In this document: positions 28,934 through 41,903 of the stretch, piece by piece
Layout: the number at the start of each line of letters is the position of its first letter
How positions within the stretch are numbered: the stretch's first letter is position 1
Assembly: GCA_000004695.1 (NCBI GenBank)
Contig: CM000152.2
Span: forward strand, 5,344,001-5,408,000
Length of the DNA stretch: 64,000 nucleotides
Source: Dictyostelium discoideum
Lineage: Eukaryota
Direction of reading: 5' to 3'
Program-made: the position numbers and the translations under genes
The notes under the pieces: generated by a model
What the model was told of the DNA's origin: nothing
The model's database searches: none
What the model saw: the letters and a program-made list of their open reading frames with translations, nothing else

Positions 28934-31689
28934 TTATCTATATTCTCTTACTAAAAATCTTAAGAAAACATAAGCTAATAATAAATAACCAACAATCATA
29001 CCAAGCAAAACATACATATCAGTGAATAATCTATTTGGATTTGCACCAATAGTTGAAAGGAATTCTAAACCATCAGCATAAGTGGGTCTTGTGTTTGGAG
29101 GATTATATTCAATCCAAAGACCATTGAATTCATTGACAACAGGAATTTCCAAACCATATGACATAAAACTAATCCAAACCAAACCAATTAAATACTTGGG
29201 AATTGAACTTCTTGCCAAAAGGAAACCATCAAATAATAAAAATACAAAGAGTAACAAGATTGACACCATATTTGCAGTACCAAACGTTGGAGAGATTGTA
29301 CTGATTGCCATACACATTGATGAGGCCACTGTACTTGTTAACACCAAAGAGATGAGGAAATAGATGAAATGGAGGATACCAGGACGTAAACCAATCATAT
29401 AATAACAAATTGAACCCAAAATAATTGGTGGTATAACTCTCATTGGAATGATATCGGTTACTACTTTGGCTAAAAAGTATGCTGATGTTCTATAGAAACC
29501 ATTGGCTCTTTCACGAATGAAAATGATACGGTCATTGTAGAAAAGATCTAATGATGTAATACTTCCAAATGAGAGTAAAGCAGTCATGAAAAACATTGCA
29601 CCAAATCTATTTTGACAACCTGGTTCAAGATTGGCTGGTAATTTCCAAAAGAGATAACCTAATGTTAACCCAACAAAAATATGTACAAAGTAAGTGGTAC
29701 GCAAAAGGAAAGGATTTCTCATATAATTTAATAAAGAACGACGGCAAACTACAAAAAATTGTGTCCAAAATGATGTTGCATATTCTTCAACTTTACCAAT
29801 TTTAATATGACTTGCTAATGGTTCACCTTGATTACCAACTACAATAATTGGACTTGCTTCTTCAATATCTTCAACATCATCATCATTATTTTTATTATTA
29901 TTATCATTATTCTTTACTTTATTATTATTATTATTATTATTAATATTATCACTTGCTAATAAATGATCTCTTTCATCACTATCACTATCACTATCATTAT
30001 TATCAATTGATGGACCATTAATACCATATATATGACGATGATGATGATGATGTTGTTGATGATGAATATTTTGATTATGTGGATTATTAATGATACGATG
30101 ATGATTTAAATTAATATCACTATTATTACTATTTGAAGATAAAGCTGGTGAAGTAGATTGATAAAATGGTGAAGCAACACGAGAATCAACATAGGTTGAA
30201 TTAAATCTTTGACAATTTTTATCGGTGACCATTGAAATGATGAAATCTGCAGGATTTTTAAGATGCATTCTATAGTTTTGTTGTTCAAATTCAGTCATAC
30301 CAGCAATTTTCTGTTTAATGAAATAGTTTACAGAGTCCTCTCTTTTACCAGAGAAATAAGGATTACCTTGATGTAAGAGGATCAAATTATCAAATTGTTC
30401 AAAGAGTTCAGCGGAAGGTTGATGAATTGAAAAGATGATAGTACGTTGACCCTTTGTTGAATTGTTTGCCAATTGTTTAAGTTTAGTGATTAACTCTGAA
30501 GCGGAATGACTATCAAGACCAGATGTTGGTTCATCGATGAATAGAATACTTGGATCAACTATTAATTCGGTTGCGATCGATAGTCTTCTACGTTCACCAC
30601 CAGAGATACCTCTCTTCTCTGAGGTACCAATTGGGTTATCGGCCACACGAGTTAAGCCCAACTCCTCCAATACACTTGCGACACGTTGTTGTTTGATTTC
30701 CAATGACATATTCTCTGGAAGTTTTAAAAGGGCAGCAAACATCAAATGTTCACGACATGTTAAAGTACCAATTTGAATATCATCTTGAGTGACATAACCA
30801 GAGATTCTCTTAAAGTTTTTACCAACGGGTGCACCATTGATCAATACTTTACCATCGATGTTACCAACGTTCTTTCTACCCGATAGAATATCCAATAAAC
30901 TTGTTTTACCCGAACCCGATAAACCCATCAATGCTGTCAATTGACCGGGTGGACAAACACCATTGACATTATCTAAAATTTGTTTTCTCTTTACATCCTT
31001 ACCAAAGAATCCACTACGTTCATTAACGTAGCAACTAATATTATGAAAACTTAATTCACAAACTAAATGTGTATCTTCTTTAAAGTTTTTACGATCTTCT
31101 TGAAGTGAGAATATTAAAAAGATTGCACCAATCAATAGAGTCAACCCAATGAATCCAACACCTGACCCAACATAAATGTATAGGAAACTCATTGATGCCA
31201 CTGGTACCGGATAAATGGGTGGTGGTGTTGGTGCACCCGTTGCAACATCAATACATTCACCCGACATACATTGTAATGGAATGGCTGGTAACATTTGATT
31301 GATTGTATATTGTGAGAAAAGACAATTGCTAGTTCCATCTGGATTCGTTTGTGCTCCACATTCAAATGTTGCCTCACCTGTAACTGCACTAATTAAACCA
31401 TCCAATATGAATCCACAATAGGTAGTACAATTACAAACACTATTTTGACATACAATCGATTGATTTTGACCTGGTAAAATAGTACGATCACATTCTGTAA
31501 ATGAACAATTAAAATATAATGGTGATCCATGAATTCTATAATATAAATTCATTGAACAAACTCCTGTTTGTGTATTATAATTTCCACCTGGAAATTGACA
31601 ATCAATTGATGCTGATGCTGTTGAATTATTTAAATCACCATTAACTTCTGCACCTATTAAATTAAAATAAATAATTATTAATTTTTAAT

Positions 31690-31733
<44 letters not shown>

Positions 31734-32503
31734 AAAAACTTACTTGTTACAACACAGCTATAACTTTTTTCAAAATAAGTATAAGGTGAAGAATTACATT
31801 CAAAAGATGAAGAGTAATTACCTGTTAATGCTTGACAACCCTCATTATTTAAACAAACTGTACATTCTAAACCAGCTTGACCAGGTGGACAAACACATGA
31901 TCTTGGTGTTGGATAATTGTAAATTGGTGGACAATATCTACCACCATTACAATTCATTTTATCCCAATTATGTTGTGGATCTACATTCTCTGAACAATCA
32001 TCACCAATGAAAAAATAATTGCAAATACAAGTGGACGAGGTCTCATTGCATTGTCCTTGACCCCAATAGGAATGACAATCATTTGGACATGTTGTTGTTG
32101 GTGTATTATTGAAATTGGTGGCTTCACATGTTTGACCATACCAATAGTTTTGTGCAGATCCTGAACTTATTGCATTTTCACTTCCAAATACTATCATCTC
32201 TATCTTTTGTTCTTTATCATAATCGTAATAATAATCATCACCTCTCATTATCGTTACTGCTTCTGCTGTTGCTGCTGGAACCTCTGTCCAATCGGAATAC
32301 ATATTTGGGTCATCTTTTACTAATTGTTTGGTTTTATACTCTTTTTCAAGTTGATGTTCTCTAAATAATGCATGATTAAAATTTTCATCTAAAAATTGTT
32401 GTGCTGTTTTACAATTATTACCATTGATAAACAATAATAATAATAATAATATTGATTTTAAAATTGAATTGAATCGAATTTCATTATTTTTAAATATTAT
32501 CAT
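28934..32503 (-). CDS. ABC transporter G-family half-transporter (NBD-TMD) with an unusual N-terminal extension: signal peptide, Cys-rich EGF-like ectodomain and an extra TM helix before the NBD; exons 31744..32503 and 28934..31653
   Basis: Exon 1 (minus) begins MIIFKNNEIRFNSILKSILLLLLLFINGNNC (signal peptide), carries many Cys (CPNDCHSYWGQGQCNETSSTCICNYFFIGDDCSENV...) and ends ...SCVVT at a GTAAGT donor (phase 1). The acceptor is aatttaatag, and exon 2 has more Cys-rich sequence plus a TM helix (MSFLYIYVGSGVGFIGLTLLIGAIFLIF). The NBD shows Walker A GLSGSGKTS, signature LSGGERRRLSIA and Walker B ILFIDEPTSGLD. Six C-terminal TM helices follow. Confidence 0.85.
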
Positions 32504-32624
32504 TTTTTAATAATAATTATTATTAATTGTTTAAATTTATTTATCTATCTTTTTATCTTATTTTTATATTATTTGTTTATTTTATTTTATTTTTTTTTTT
32601 GGAATTTTTAAATTGAAAATAAAT

Positions 32625-32663
<39 letters not shown>

Positions 32664-33274
32664 AAAAAAAAACCTTAAAACGTAGGTTTTTTTATTTTTT
32701 TTTTTATTTTTTTTATTTTTTTTATTTTTTTATTTTTTTTTTTTTTTTATTATTTTTTTAATTTGCCATGAAAAAAAAAATAATTAAAAAATTTAAAATG
32801 AAAAAAAATAAAATAAAATAATAAAAAAAAAATAAATATAAAAAAATTAATAAAAAAAAAAAAAGGGTGTGTTTAAACAAAAGATATTAATAAATAAAAT
32901 AAAAAGTAAATAAAAATGAATGATCAAATATTTTTTTTAAAAGATATTTTAAGATTATCTTTATTTGTCTTTGATTTAGTTAAAACTTTTTTTTTATTTT
33001 TTACTTTTTGAAAATTTTTTTTTTTTTTTTTTTTTTTTAGTATTTACTTTTTTTATTTATTTATTTTTTTATTTTATTTTATTTTTTTATTTTTTTTTTT
33101 TTATTATCATTTTCATTAATTTAATACTGTCATTGAAATCTGAAAAAAATCAGATTTGCGGATCTCATTTTTAAAAACCAATTGGCTGAAATCGACTCCA
33201 ACGGTTCTTTTTTTATGTGTTCTATTTTAAACTCTGAAAATATCTGAAATTTTATTCTTTTTTTTTATTTTTTT

Positions 33275-33337
<63 letters not shown>

Positions 33338-33612
33338 TTTTTTGTTATTTGAAAAAAAAAAAATATAGAAAAAAAAAAAAATAAAAGGAAAAATTTTTTT
33401 ATTTTTTTATTTAAACCACTTACTGTGTTCTCTAATACACAAATACTTTTGTATATTTTACTATTTTCTTTTTATCTGAACATATTCAATACTTATATAT
33501 AAAAATAAAATAAAGTAAAATAAAATAAAAAAAAAAAATAAAAAAAAATAAAAAAAATAAAATAAAATAAAGTGAAATAAAATAAAATAAAAATAAAATA
33601 AAAATAAAATAA

Positions 33613-33642
<30 letters not shown>

Positions 33643-33646
<4 letters not shown>

Positions 33647-35529
33647 TTCTGATGATGGATATTAAAATTATGTCGGCATTTTCAATTTTATTTTTATCTT
33701 TGATGGTGTCGAATGAATTTTTAGAATTTTTAGCAAATACGGTTTATGCAGCTATATTATTTATTATAATTTTATTCTTTTATCAAAATCGACAACATTT
33801 TTTTACAACTTCATCATCATCAAAAGATAGTTTAACTTCAACAACAACAACAACAACAACAACCTCAATAACATCATCATTAATACAACAACAACAAGAA
33901 AAAGAACAACAACAACAACTAGAACAACAACAACAACAACAATCAATTAAATTAATAACTAAAGAAATAACAATTGAAAATGATAGTGAAAAGAATACAA
34001 GTACAACAACATCGATTATTACAAAAGAACAATCACCGGGTTCAGTAAGATTAATTCAAAATTATTCAGCATCACAACAATCTGAATTAACAAATACAAC
34101 TATTAAACAATTACAACAAAAGAATCAAGAATTACAAGAACAAATTAATAATCAAATTGAGAAATCAAGAAAGGATCAATTGAAATATTTCAATAGTAAT
34201 AATAAATCACAAAGTGAAATTAAAGAGCAAATTGAAAAGATTATTAAATTAACAGAAAAGAATGATGATTTGTTAAACTCTATAGTGATATTGAATTCAA
34301 CAATCGATGGTAATAGAATAAAGATGCAAGAGATTACAAAGGATCGTGATTCAATCTACTCTAGTGAACAAAAACTATTATCCAGATTAACAGCATTTGA
34401 AAAGAAAGAGAAAGAATATCAAGATAATGAAAAACAATTACAAAAGAAATTATCCGACCAAAAAGATCAATACTCTACACTAAAGAAAGAATTTGATGAA
34501 AAAGTAAAGAAATCTAATAAACTTGAAAATTCAATTCAATCTTTAGAATCTCAAATTCAAAAATTATTACAAAAACAAGAAAAAGAAAAACAAAAATTAG
34601 AAAAAGATAAAGAAAGAGAAAGATCATCATCATTTTCATCAGATATATCATCATCATCAACAACATCAACAACAGCATCAACATTTTTATCAAGTTCTCC
34701 ATCAAAATCAATACCAATACCAATTCCAATTAAAACATCAAATGCCATTAGTGATTTAAAGAGAAATAATAGTAATGATAGTGTTAATGGACTAATTGGA
34801 AATGGTAATTCATCAGTTTCACCACCATCATCATCCTATCTTAGAGAATCATCTGATGATTCTGATAATCAAAGTTCATCCTCACCATCGGAACCAAAAT
34901 TCAAATCATTATTTAATAAAGTTAAATCAGAATCTAGTAAAATTGTAAATAAGGCACAGAAAGGTATAAATAAACATTTAGGTTCAGATTTCTTTACACC
35001 AGCAAATACTACAACATCCACAACAACAACAACATCAACAACATCAACATCAACAACAACTCCTATAACTTCGGCATCAGCAACTGCAGCAGCTATATCA
35101 TCTTCATCAATTATTACTTCACCTACAACTAATACAACCAATGATATATTATCATCTTCATCCTCTTCATCTTCATCATCCTCATCATTATTAACAACTA
35201 ATGCAATATTATCGCCACCAGTTGGTAATGAACAACAAATGGAAGTAATCAATGATAAAACTGAAGTTAATCAATCACCAGTTAAACCATTAATATTTTT
35301 CGATGATTTAGGTAATGATAAATTATTAGATTCAACAACCGAAGAACAAATTCAATCAAAAATGACAATTTCACCAAGAGATAAAGATAGAATTTTAATT
35401 GATAAAGAACAATCATTATCAGATTTATTCATTAATAGTAAAGAAAATATAAGTAATATAAGTGTATCAAATTTAGATAATTTTTTAAAAACCAATAATA
35501 ATAATAATAAAAATAATATAGAAGAATCA

Positions 35530-35609
<80 letters not shown>

Positions 35610-36519
35610 TGATAATAAAGAAGTTAATTCAAAATTAGAATTTTCAATAAAAGATGAAGAGAATAAAATAGGATTAAGAAGAGCAAAGAAGAAATTATCA
35701 CCAGGTTGTTCAACAATGATGGAGGATGTATCAATTGCTATTTATCCATTCTTAAAGGAAAAGAAATTGAGCAATTGTTCAAACATTGGTTTATTTGGTG
35801 TTTTTGATGGACATGCAGGTAGAGGTGCAGCAGATTCTGCTTCAAAATTATTCCCGAAAGAAATTGAAAAATTATTAGAAAGTGGCAATTATAGTTTAAC
35901 TGAACAAGATGATGGTGGTGATAATAATCATAATCAATCGAAACTATTGAATGATTTATTCTCAAATGTCGATAATAAAATGAAAGATCACGAATATGAA
36001 GGTTGCACAGCTACACTCGCATTAATATGGAGTGATGGCGAAGAACAACAACAACAACAACAACGTTATTTACAAGTTGGTAATGTTGGTGATTCATCTG
36101 CTTTCCTTTGTAGAGGTAATGAATCAATTGAATTAACATTTGATCATAAAGCAAATGATCCATCAGAGAAACAAAGAATTAAAGATCAAGGTATACCCGT
36201 TAGTGATAATCAAACTAGAATCAATGGTGTTGCGGTTAGTAGATCTTTAGGTAATCATTTCATAAAGGAACAAAATATTGGTATGATTTCAACACCTCAT
36301 ATCTCAAATCGTTATCTTTTAACCCCTCAAGATAAATTTGTCATCATTGCATCCGATGGTCTTTGGGATGTAATCAATGGTAAAGATGCCATCGAAAAGG
36401 TTTCCTCTTTATATGATCAAGGTGCTACCGCTGATTCAATGGCATCTTGTTTATTAGAAACTGCTATTCAATCTTCATTATGTAAAGATAATGTAACAGT
36501 AATAATTGTAAAGTTATAA
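33643..36519 (+). CDS. membrane-anchored protein phosphatase 2C (PPM family) with an N-terminal TM segment, a long coiled-coil/Ser-Thr-rich region and a C-terminal PP2C catalytic domain
   Basis: The N-terminus MVLMMDIKIMSAFSILFLSLMV...AAILFIIILFFY is hydrophobic. A KE-rich heptad-like region follows (QIQKLLQKQEKEKQKLEKDKERE). The C-terminus carries the PP2C motifs FGVFDGHAGRGAA, VGNVGDSSAF, SRSLGNHF and IIASDGLWDVI. Confidence 0.8.
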
Positions 36520-36750
36520 AAAAAAAAAAAAAAAATAAAAAAAAAAAAAAAATAAATATAAAAAAAAAAAAAAAAATTAAAAAATAAAAAAAAAAAAAAT
36601 AAAACTTAGAATAGAAACCTAAAAACCTTAAAAAAAATTTATTATATTGTTTTTTTAATGTGCAGGCCTGTTTTTTTTTTTTTAAATTTTGAAGTAAATC
36701 TTTTAGTTTTGAAAAATATTTGCAAAGAATTGGAGAAATTCTTTGATTGG

Positions 36751-36795
<45 letters not shown>

Positions 36796-36860
36796 TGTTG
36801 ATCACTTCATTGATTTTTAAGTCTTGTACAAAAATTTTCAGAGAAATGTTATTTTTATAA

Positions 36861-36891
<31 letters not shown>

Positions 36892-37000
36892 AAGAAACAA
36901 ATCAACTTTTTTTTTTTTTTAACCTCTATTGTAAAATACAACCTCAAAGGATCCTGTGGTTAAAGTTTTATTTATTTTTTGTTTTTATTTACTTATTTGT

Positions 37001-37047
<47 letters not shown>

Positions 37048-37149
37048 TTAATTTTTTTTTTCTATTAATAAATAAAAAAAAAAAAAATCTAAAACTAAAA
37101 ATAAAAATAAAAAAATCTAAAATCAAAAATAAAAAAAAAAAAAAAAAAA

Positions 37150-39925
37150 ATGAAAATTTTTAAAAAAGCAATATTTTTAATAATTTTTGTTTTATTAAAT
37201 TTAATTAATTTAATTAAAGGACAGGGCGGACTTACATTCTTTTCAGGTGGTAATTTTAATTTATTAGGACTTTTACCATCAAATACAATTATTGCAATTA
37301 ATGTTCCTAATGTTCAATGTATTTCAAATGATCAACTTTCAATTGAAGGTATTGAAGTTGGATATGGTGGTTCAACAAATATTACTCTAGATATTTTGGC
37401 ACCAATTACTCTTAGAAATGATTTGGATATCAATTTTAATAATACTGTTTATTTTAATATCCCACCTGGTGGATTGGGAATTATGGATGATCATGTTGAT
37501 GTTTCAAGTATTAATTTAAATCAACAAACTTCAAAAATGATTAATATGGGTTCAATGTCTGGTAAAAATAGTTCAATTTCAATTAAAGGTGGTTATTTAA
37601 ATAATAAAAGTAAATTAAATATGAAATCAATTTTAAACACAGGAGGATCATTTATAACAGATAGTTCATCTCAAACGAGTCTTGCAAATTTTCAATCTGT
37701 TGGTGGAGATAATTTTATCCAAGGTGAAATTATATTTGCATCAAGTGATGATGCATATGCTCTTTCATTATCAACTCAATCTCATTCAACACTTTATAAT
37801 GCTCAAGCATCATCATCATTAAAAAATTTTAAAATTTCAACAGCATCAACTTTTAATATGGAATCATCTTATTTCTCTATGAATAGAATCGATCAAGATC
37901 AAGGTTCAATTAGTTTACAAGATCAATCAACAATTTCATTATCATCAAAATCTGGATTAGATTTATTTAATTTTGGTCTTGTAATTAAAGATTCAACAGC
38001 TTTAAATGTTTCAAGTTCAACTATAACAACTGATTCAAATTTTAGAGTACTTTCAACTGCAAATTTATTATTAAAAGAAGAATCATCATTAATCTCCTCA
38101 TCACCAATGTTAATAAGAAATTTCGCAACTGTTAATATAAATTCAAAATCAAATGTTGAAAGTAAAATTTTATACATTTCAGAAGAATCAAATGTAAATG
38201 TAGATGATTCAATTTTAACAGTTGGTTATTCAAGTAATGATCGTGGGGGTAGTAGTAGCAGTTCATCTGATTCATCATCGACAACACCAACACCATCAAA
38301 TCCTGGTATAATTATTAAATCATCAATACAATCATTAACTTCATCATCATTAGGTGTTAGTAATTTTATGGGATTATCTGATAAATCTATTTTATCAATT
38401 AATAATTCATCAAAATTAAATGTAAAGGGTTTATTTGCATTATTAAATGAAACAACAATGTCTGTTGATTCATCATCAGTTTTAATTGAAAAAACATTAT
38501 ATTCATTTAATAATAGTACTATTGGTTCATTTAATTCAACATTTAATATTAGCGATACTTTTGATGTTAATGATGATTCAAAATTTAAATTTATTGATTC
38601 AAATTTATTAATTGAAGGTTCATTTAAAATTAATTCTGATAAAAAAGTATCAAGACAATTTATAAACTCAGACGTTAAAGTTGATGGTAAATTTTTAAAT
38701 TTTGGTACAATTCAATTTAATGCTTCAAGATTTGATTTAAATAGAAATTTCACATCAGTTGGTTTAGTTAATAGTATTGGTTCAAATATTAAAGTTAAGA
38801 ATGGTCAATTTAATGTTTTAGGTTATTATATTGGTGAAAGTGATGAAATTAATTTAACAAATGGTCAAATGCAAATTGGACCAAAAAGTAATTTTAAATG
38901 TTCTGGTTGCTCAATTACTTCAATTGGTAATATTAGACAAGCTAAATCTTCCACTTTAAAATTATTTGATTCAACATTTAATAATAATGGTGTTGGTATA
39001 GTTGAAATTAGTGGTGATATTACATTGGATGAAACTAGTAAACTCTTTAATTCAGGTCTGGTGAATTCATTCTTCAAGCCAATATAAATTTAGAACAACA
39101 AACATCAGCAATCATTGAAAATAATGGACATTTAAAATCATTGATAATGGTGAAGAGAATAATAATAATAATACTTATTTAAATGTAAATTTCGAAAATA
39201 GAGGTGATTTATCAGTTAGTAAAAATTCAGTGTTCCAAAAATTAAATCAATACAATGGTGCAATTTTATCATTAATTAATAATGTAGAAATTCATTCAAA
39301 CTCAACAATTGATTTACAAGGTGGTTCAATTGTTGGTATGGGTTTATTAAATACAACTATTAATAATCAAGCTGGTACAATTGGTAATAATAATATTACA
39401 AAACTTGATATCACCGGAAACTATACTCAAGGTATTGGTGGTACAATTATAGTAACAATTGATAGTATTAATGAATTGTCAACATTTAATATTCAAGAAA
39501 GTGTTAATATACTTGGTGGTAATTTAATAATTAGATTAAATAAACAAATGGTTGAAGATAAATCAAATCAAGGTCAACCAATGTCAGTTATGACTTCAAA
39601 TCAAGAAATGAATGCAAGTTTTAATAGTATTCAATTCAAAACTTATGATCCTTCAAGTGGTGAAGAAACTGACCAAAATGATGATTGTAGATATCAAACA
39701 AAACAAACAAAATCTACTCTTGCTGTATTATTAGGTAGTGATTGTGATACTGCTACAAATGATGAAAGAGGTTTGACAACACCTCAAATCATTGGTATTG
39801 CATTTGCAGGATTTGGTGTCATTTTAGTTGCTTCGTTAATTACAACATATGTTGTTTTCCAAAAATATAGATACAGTGAAAATAGTATAAAATTAAAGAA
39901 ATGGGTATTAAAATTTAAAGCTTAA
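37150..39925 (+). CDS. large secreted Ser-rich repetitive protein with a C-terminal TM anchor (adhesin-like); the reading frame is broken twice (ORF 37150..39087, about 90 bp in an alternative frame, then ORF 39230..39925), so it is either frameshifted by sequence error or a pseudogene
   Basis: It begins with a signal peptide, MKIFKKAIFLIIFVLLNLINLIKGQ. The C-terminus has a TM helix, IIGIAFAGFGVILVASLITTYVVF, plus a short tail. Between 39051 and 39140 the frame changes twice, each time at an A-run (caagcc and ttaaaatc). Adding one A at each site gives a continuous, repeat-consistent ...FFKANINLEQQTSAIIENNGHLKIIDNGEENNNNNTYLNVNFENRGDLSVSKNSVFQKLNQYNG... Confidence 0.5.
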
Positions 39926-40174
39926 TTAATTATATATATATTTATTTTTAAAAAAAAAATTGATTTATTTCAATTATCTTGCGACAACCAACTATTTATA
40001 TATATTTTTTTTATATATACATTTATAAAAAAATAAAAAAAAAATAAAAAGAAAATAAAAATTATTTATATTTAAAAAAATGTTTTATAAAAGTTTAATC
40101 ATTTTTGTTTTTTTTTATTTTCCAAATTATATAATTTTATTTTATTTATTTGAGTTTTTTAATAAAATCATATT

Positions 40175-40618
40175 TTAGAGCTGCATGTTTACATTAATGC
40201 AGGCAATTTCATCATTTGCTTGATCAGTTAAAACAAAATTTCCAGAATATTTACCACGAGGAGCATTATCTGGAATTGCTATATCTACAGAATGAGTATA
40301 ATCTCCTGGTTGTATAGGACAAGGAAATGGATTATCAGATGAACAAATTGGCTTAGTTTCTCTAATAATTGTAATAATACCAAATTTAATTTGAATGTTT
40401 ACATCTCCACCAGATATTGTATCCTTTAATTCACCAGATGCATAAATTGAAACTGTTTGACCTCTTACTGGTGGATCTGGTGAAATTGTTACATTTTTTA
40501 TTTGAAATGTATCTGTTGATTTGCCACAACTTTTCCATATATCTTTGAACATTTTAGCTTCTGCTGCAATTAATAAAATTAAAATTGAAAAAATGAATAA
40601 TAATAATTTTTGTTTCAT
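40175..40618 (-). CDS. ML-domain (MD-2-related lipid-recognition, NPC2 / phosphatidylglycerol-phosphatidylinositol transfer protein-like) secreted protein, 147 aa
   Basis: It has a signal peptide, then W(K/S)xCG...F.I..V.I.PDPPV(R/K)G...I..SG.L...; conserved Cys pairs, a size of about 145 aa and an ...IACI...*  ending typical of the E1_DerP2_DerF2 / NPC2 fold. Confidence 0.75.
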
Positions 40619-41032
40619 TTTTATTTTTTATTAATTTTTATTTGTTATATATATACTTATTATTTATTACTATTGTTATTAAATAATGAATGTAAATATT
40701 AATAAAAAAAAAAAAAAAAAAAAAAAAAAATGATAATGCGATTTAAAAAAAAAAAAAAAAAAAAATTATTATTAAAAAAAAAAAAAAAAATAATCAAAAT
40801 TAAATTTGTTGGTGTGTATTAAGTGTGGGTTCAAATTATAAAAAATTAAAAAACATATTTTTTTTGAATAAAACACAAAAAAATACAAACACAAAATCAC
40901 CACTTTTTCTATTTTTAGTTTTCTATTTTCAGTTTTTTTTTTATTTTTATTTTTTTTATTTTTAAACATTATCCAAAAAAGCAATTTCTGTAAAGAGTAT
41001 TAACCAGTGATATCATGATTTGATTTTTTTTT

Positions 41033-41461
41033 TTAAAGGGTTAATGTAACATCTATGCAAGCAATTTCTGATGATTCTTGGTCAGTTACACTAACATGGC
41101 CCGTGTACTTGCCATTTGGAGCAGCTTCAGGAATTGTAAAATTTATAGTGTGAGAATATTCACCTTCTTTAATTGGACATTTATATGGTGAGCCAGGTAA
41201 AGTACAAATGTCTTTCTTTTCATTTATTAAAGTTATTAATCCAAATTTAACAAGTATTGCAACTTGTCCACTTGTCAAATTTTCACCTAATACTCCAGAA
41301 CCTGAAATTGTAATTAATTTTCCTTTTACTGGTGGGTCTGGAACTATTGAAACAGATGTAATCTTAAATTTTTCATTTGGGCCACAATTAGACCAAATAT
41401 CGCCAAATGATGTTGATGTCAATAAAATTAATAAAATTGATAAGTATAAATAAAATTTCAT
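41033..41461 (-). CDS. ML-domain (NPC2-like) secreted protein, 142 aa; tandem paralog of 40175..40618
   Basis: MKFYLYLSILLILLTSTSFGDIWSNCGPNEKFKITSVSIVPDPPVKGKLITISGSG... is collinear with the downstream copy (about 40% identity, same Cys positions). Confidence 0.75.
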   Translation of the reverse strand: MKFYLYLSILLILLTSTSFGDIWSNCGPNEKFKITSVSIVPDPPVKGKLITISGSGVLGENLTSGQVAILVKFGLITLINEKKDICTLPGSPYKCPIKEGEYSHTINFTIPEAAPNGKYTGHVSVTDQESSEIACIDVTLTL

Positions 41462-41529
41462 TTTTAAAATTGTAAATTTTTTACAACCAAAAAAAAAACC
41501 AAAAAAAAGTATTCTAAATAATATTTATA

Positions 41530-41585
<56 letters not shown>

Positions 41586-41811
41586 CAAAAATTAAAATAA
41601 TAAAAAATAAATTACTTTATAAGGATAAAAGATTTTTTTAAAAATTTAAAAAAAAAAATAAAATCTACTGTTTAACCTTTATCAGTTTTCAGATAAAAGT
41701 GTTTTTTTTGTCTTTTAACTTTTTTTTTTTTTTTTTTTTTTCATTGATTTTAAACAATTACTTTGGCAATTAAATTAAATACTCTTTTTGGAGTATCTCT
41801 AAGAACTGATT

Positions 41812-41844
<33 letters not shown>

Positions 41845-41903
41845 TTTGGGAATAACTTAGAGATAACCAAGAAACATCTTTTAAAGGATAATTTCAAACA
41901 ATA

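Noticed and set aside
34514-35252. Antisense ORFs within the PP2C gene
   Set aside because: They are reverse-strand readings of Ser/Thr/Asp-rich repeats; the sense ORF is continuous from TM segment to PP2C domain.
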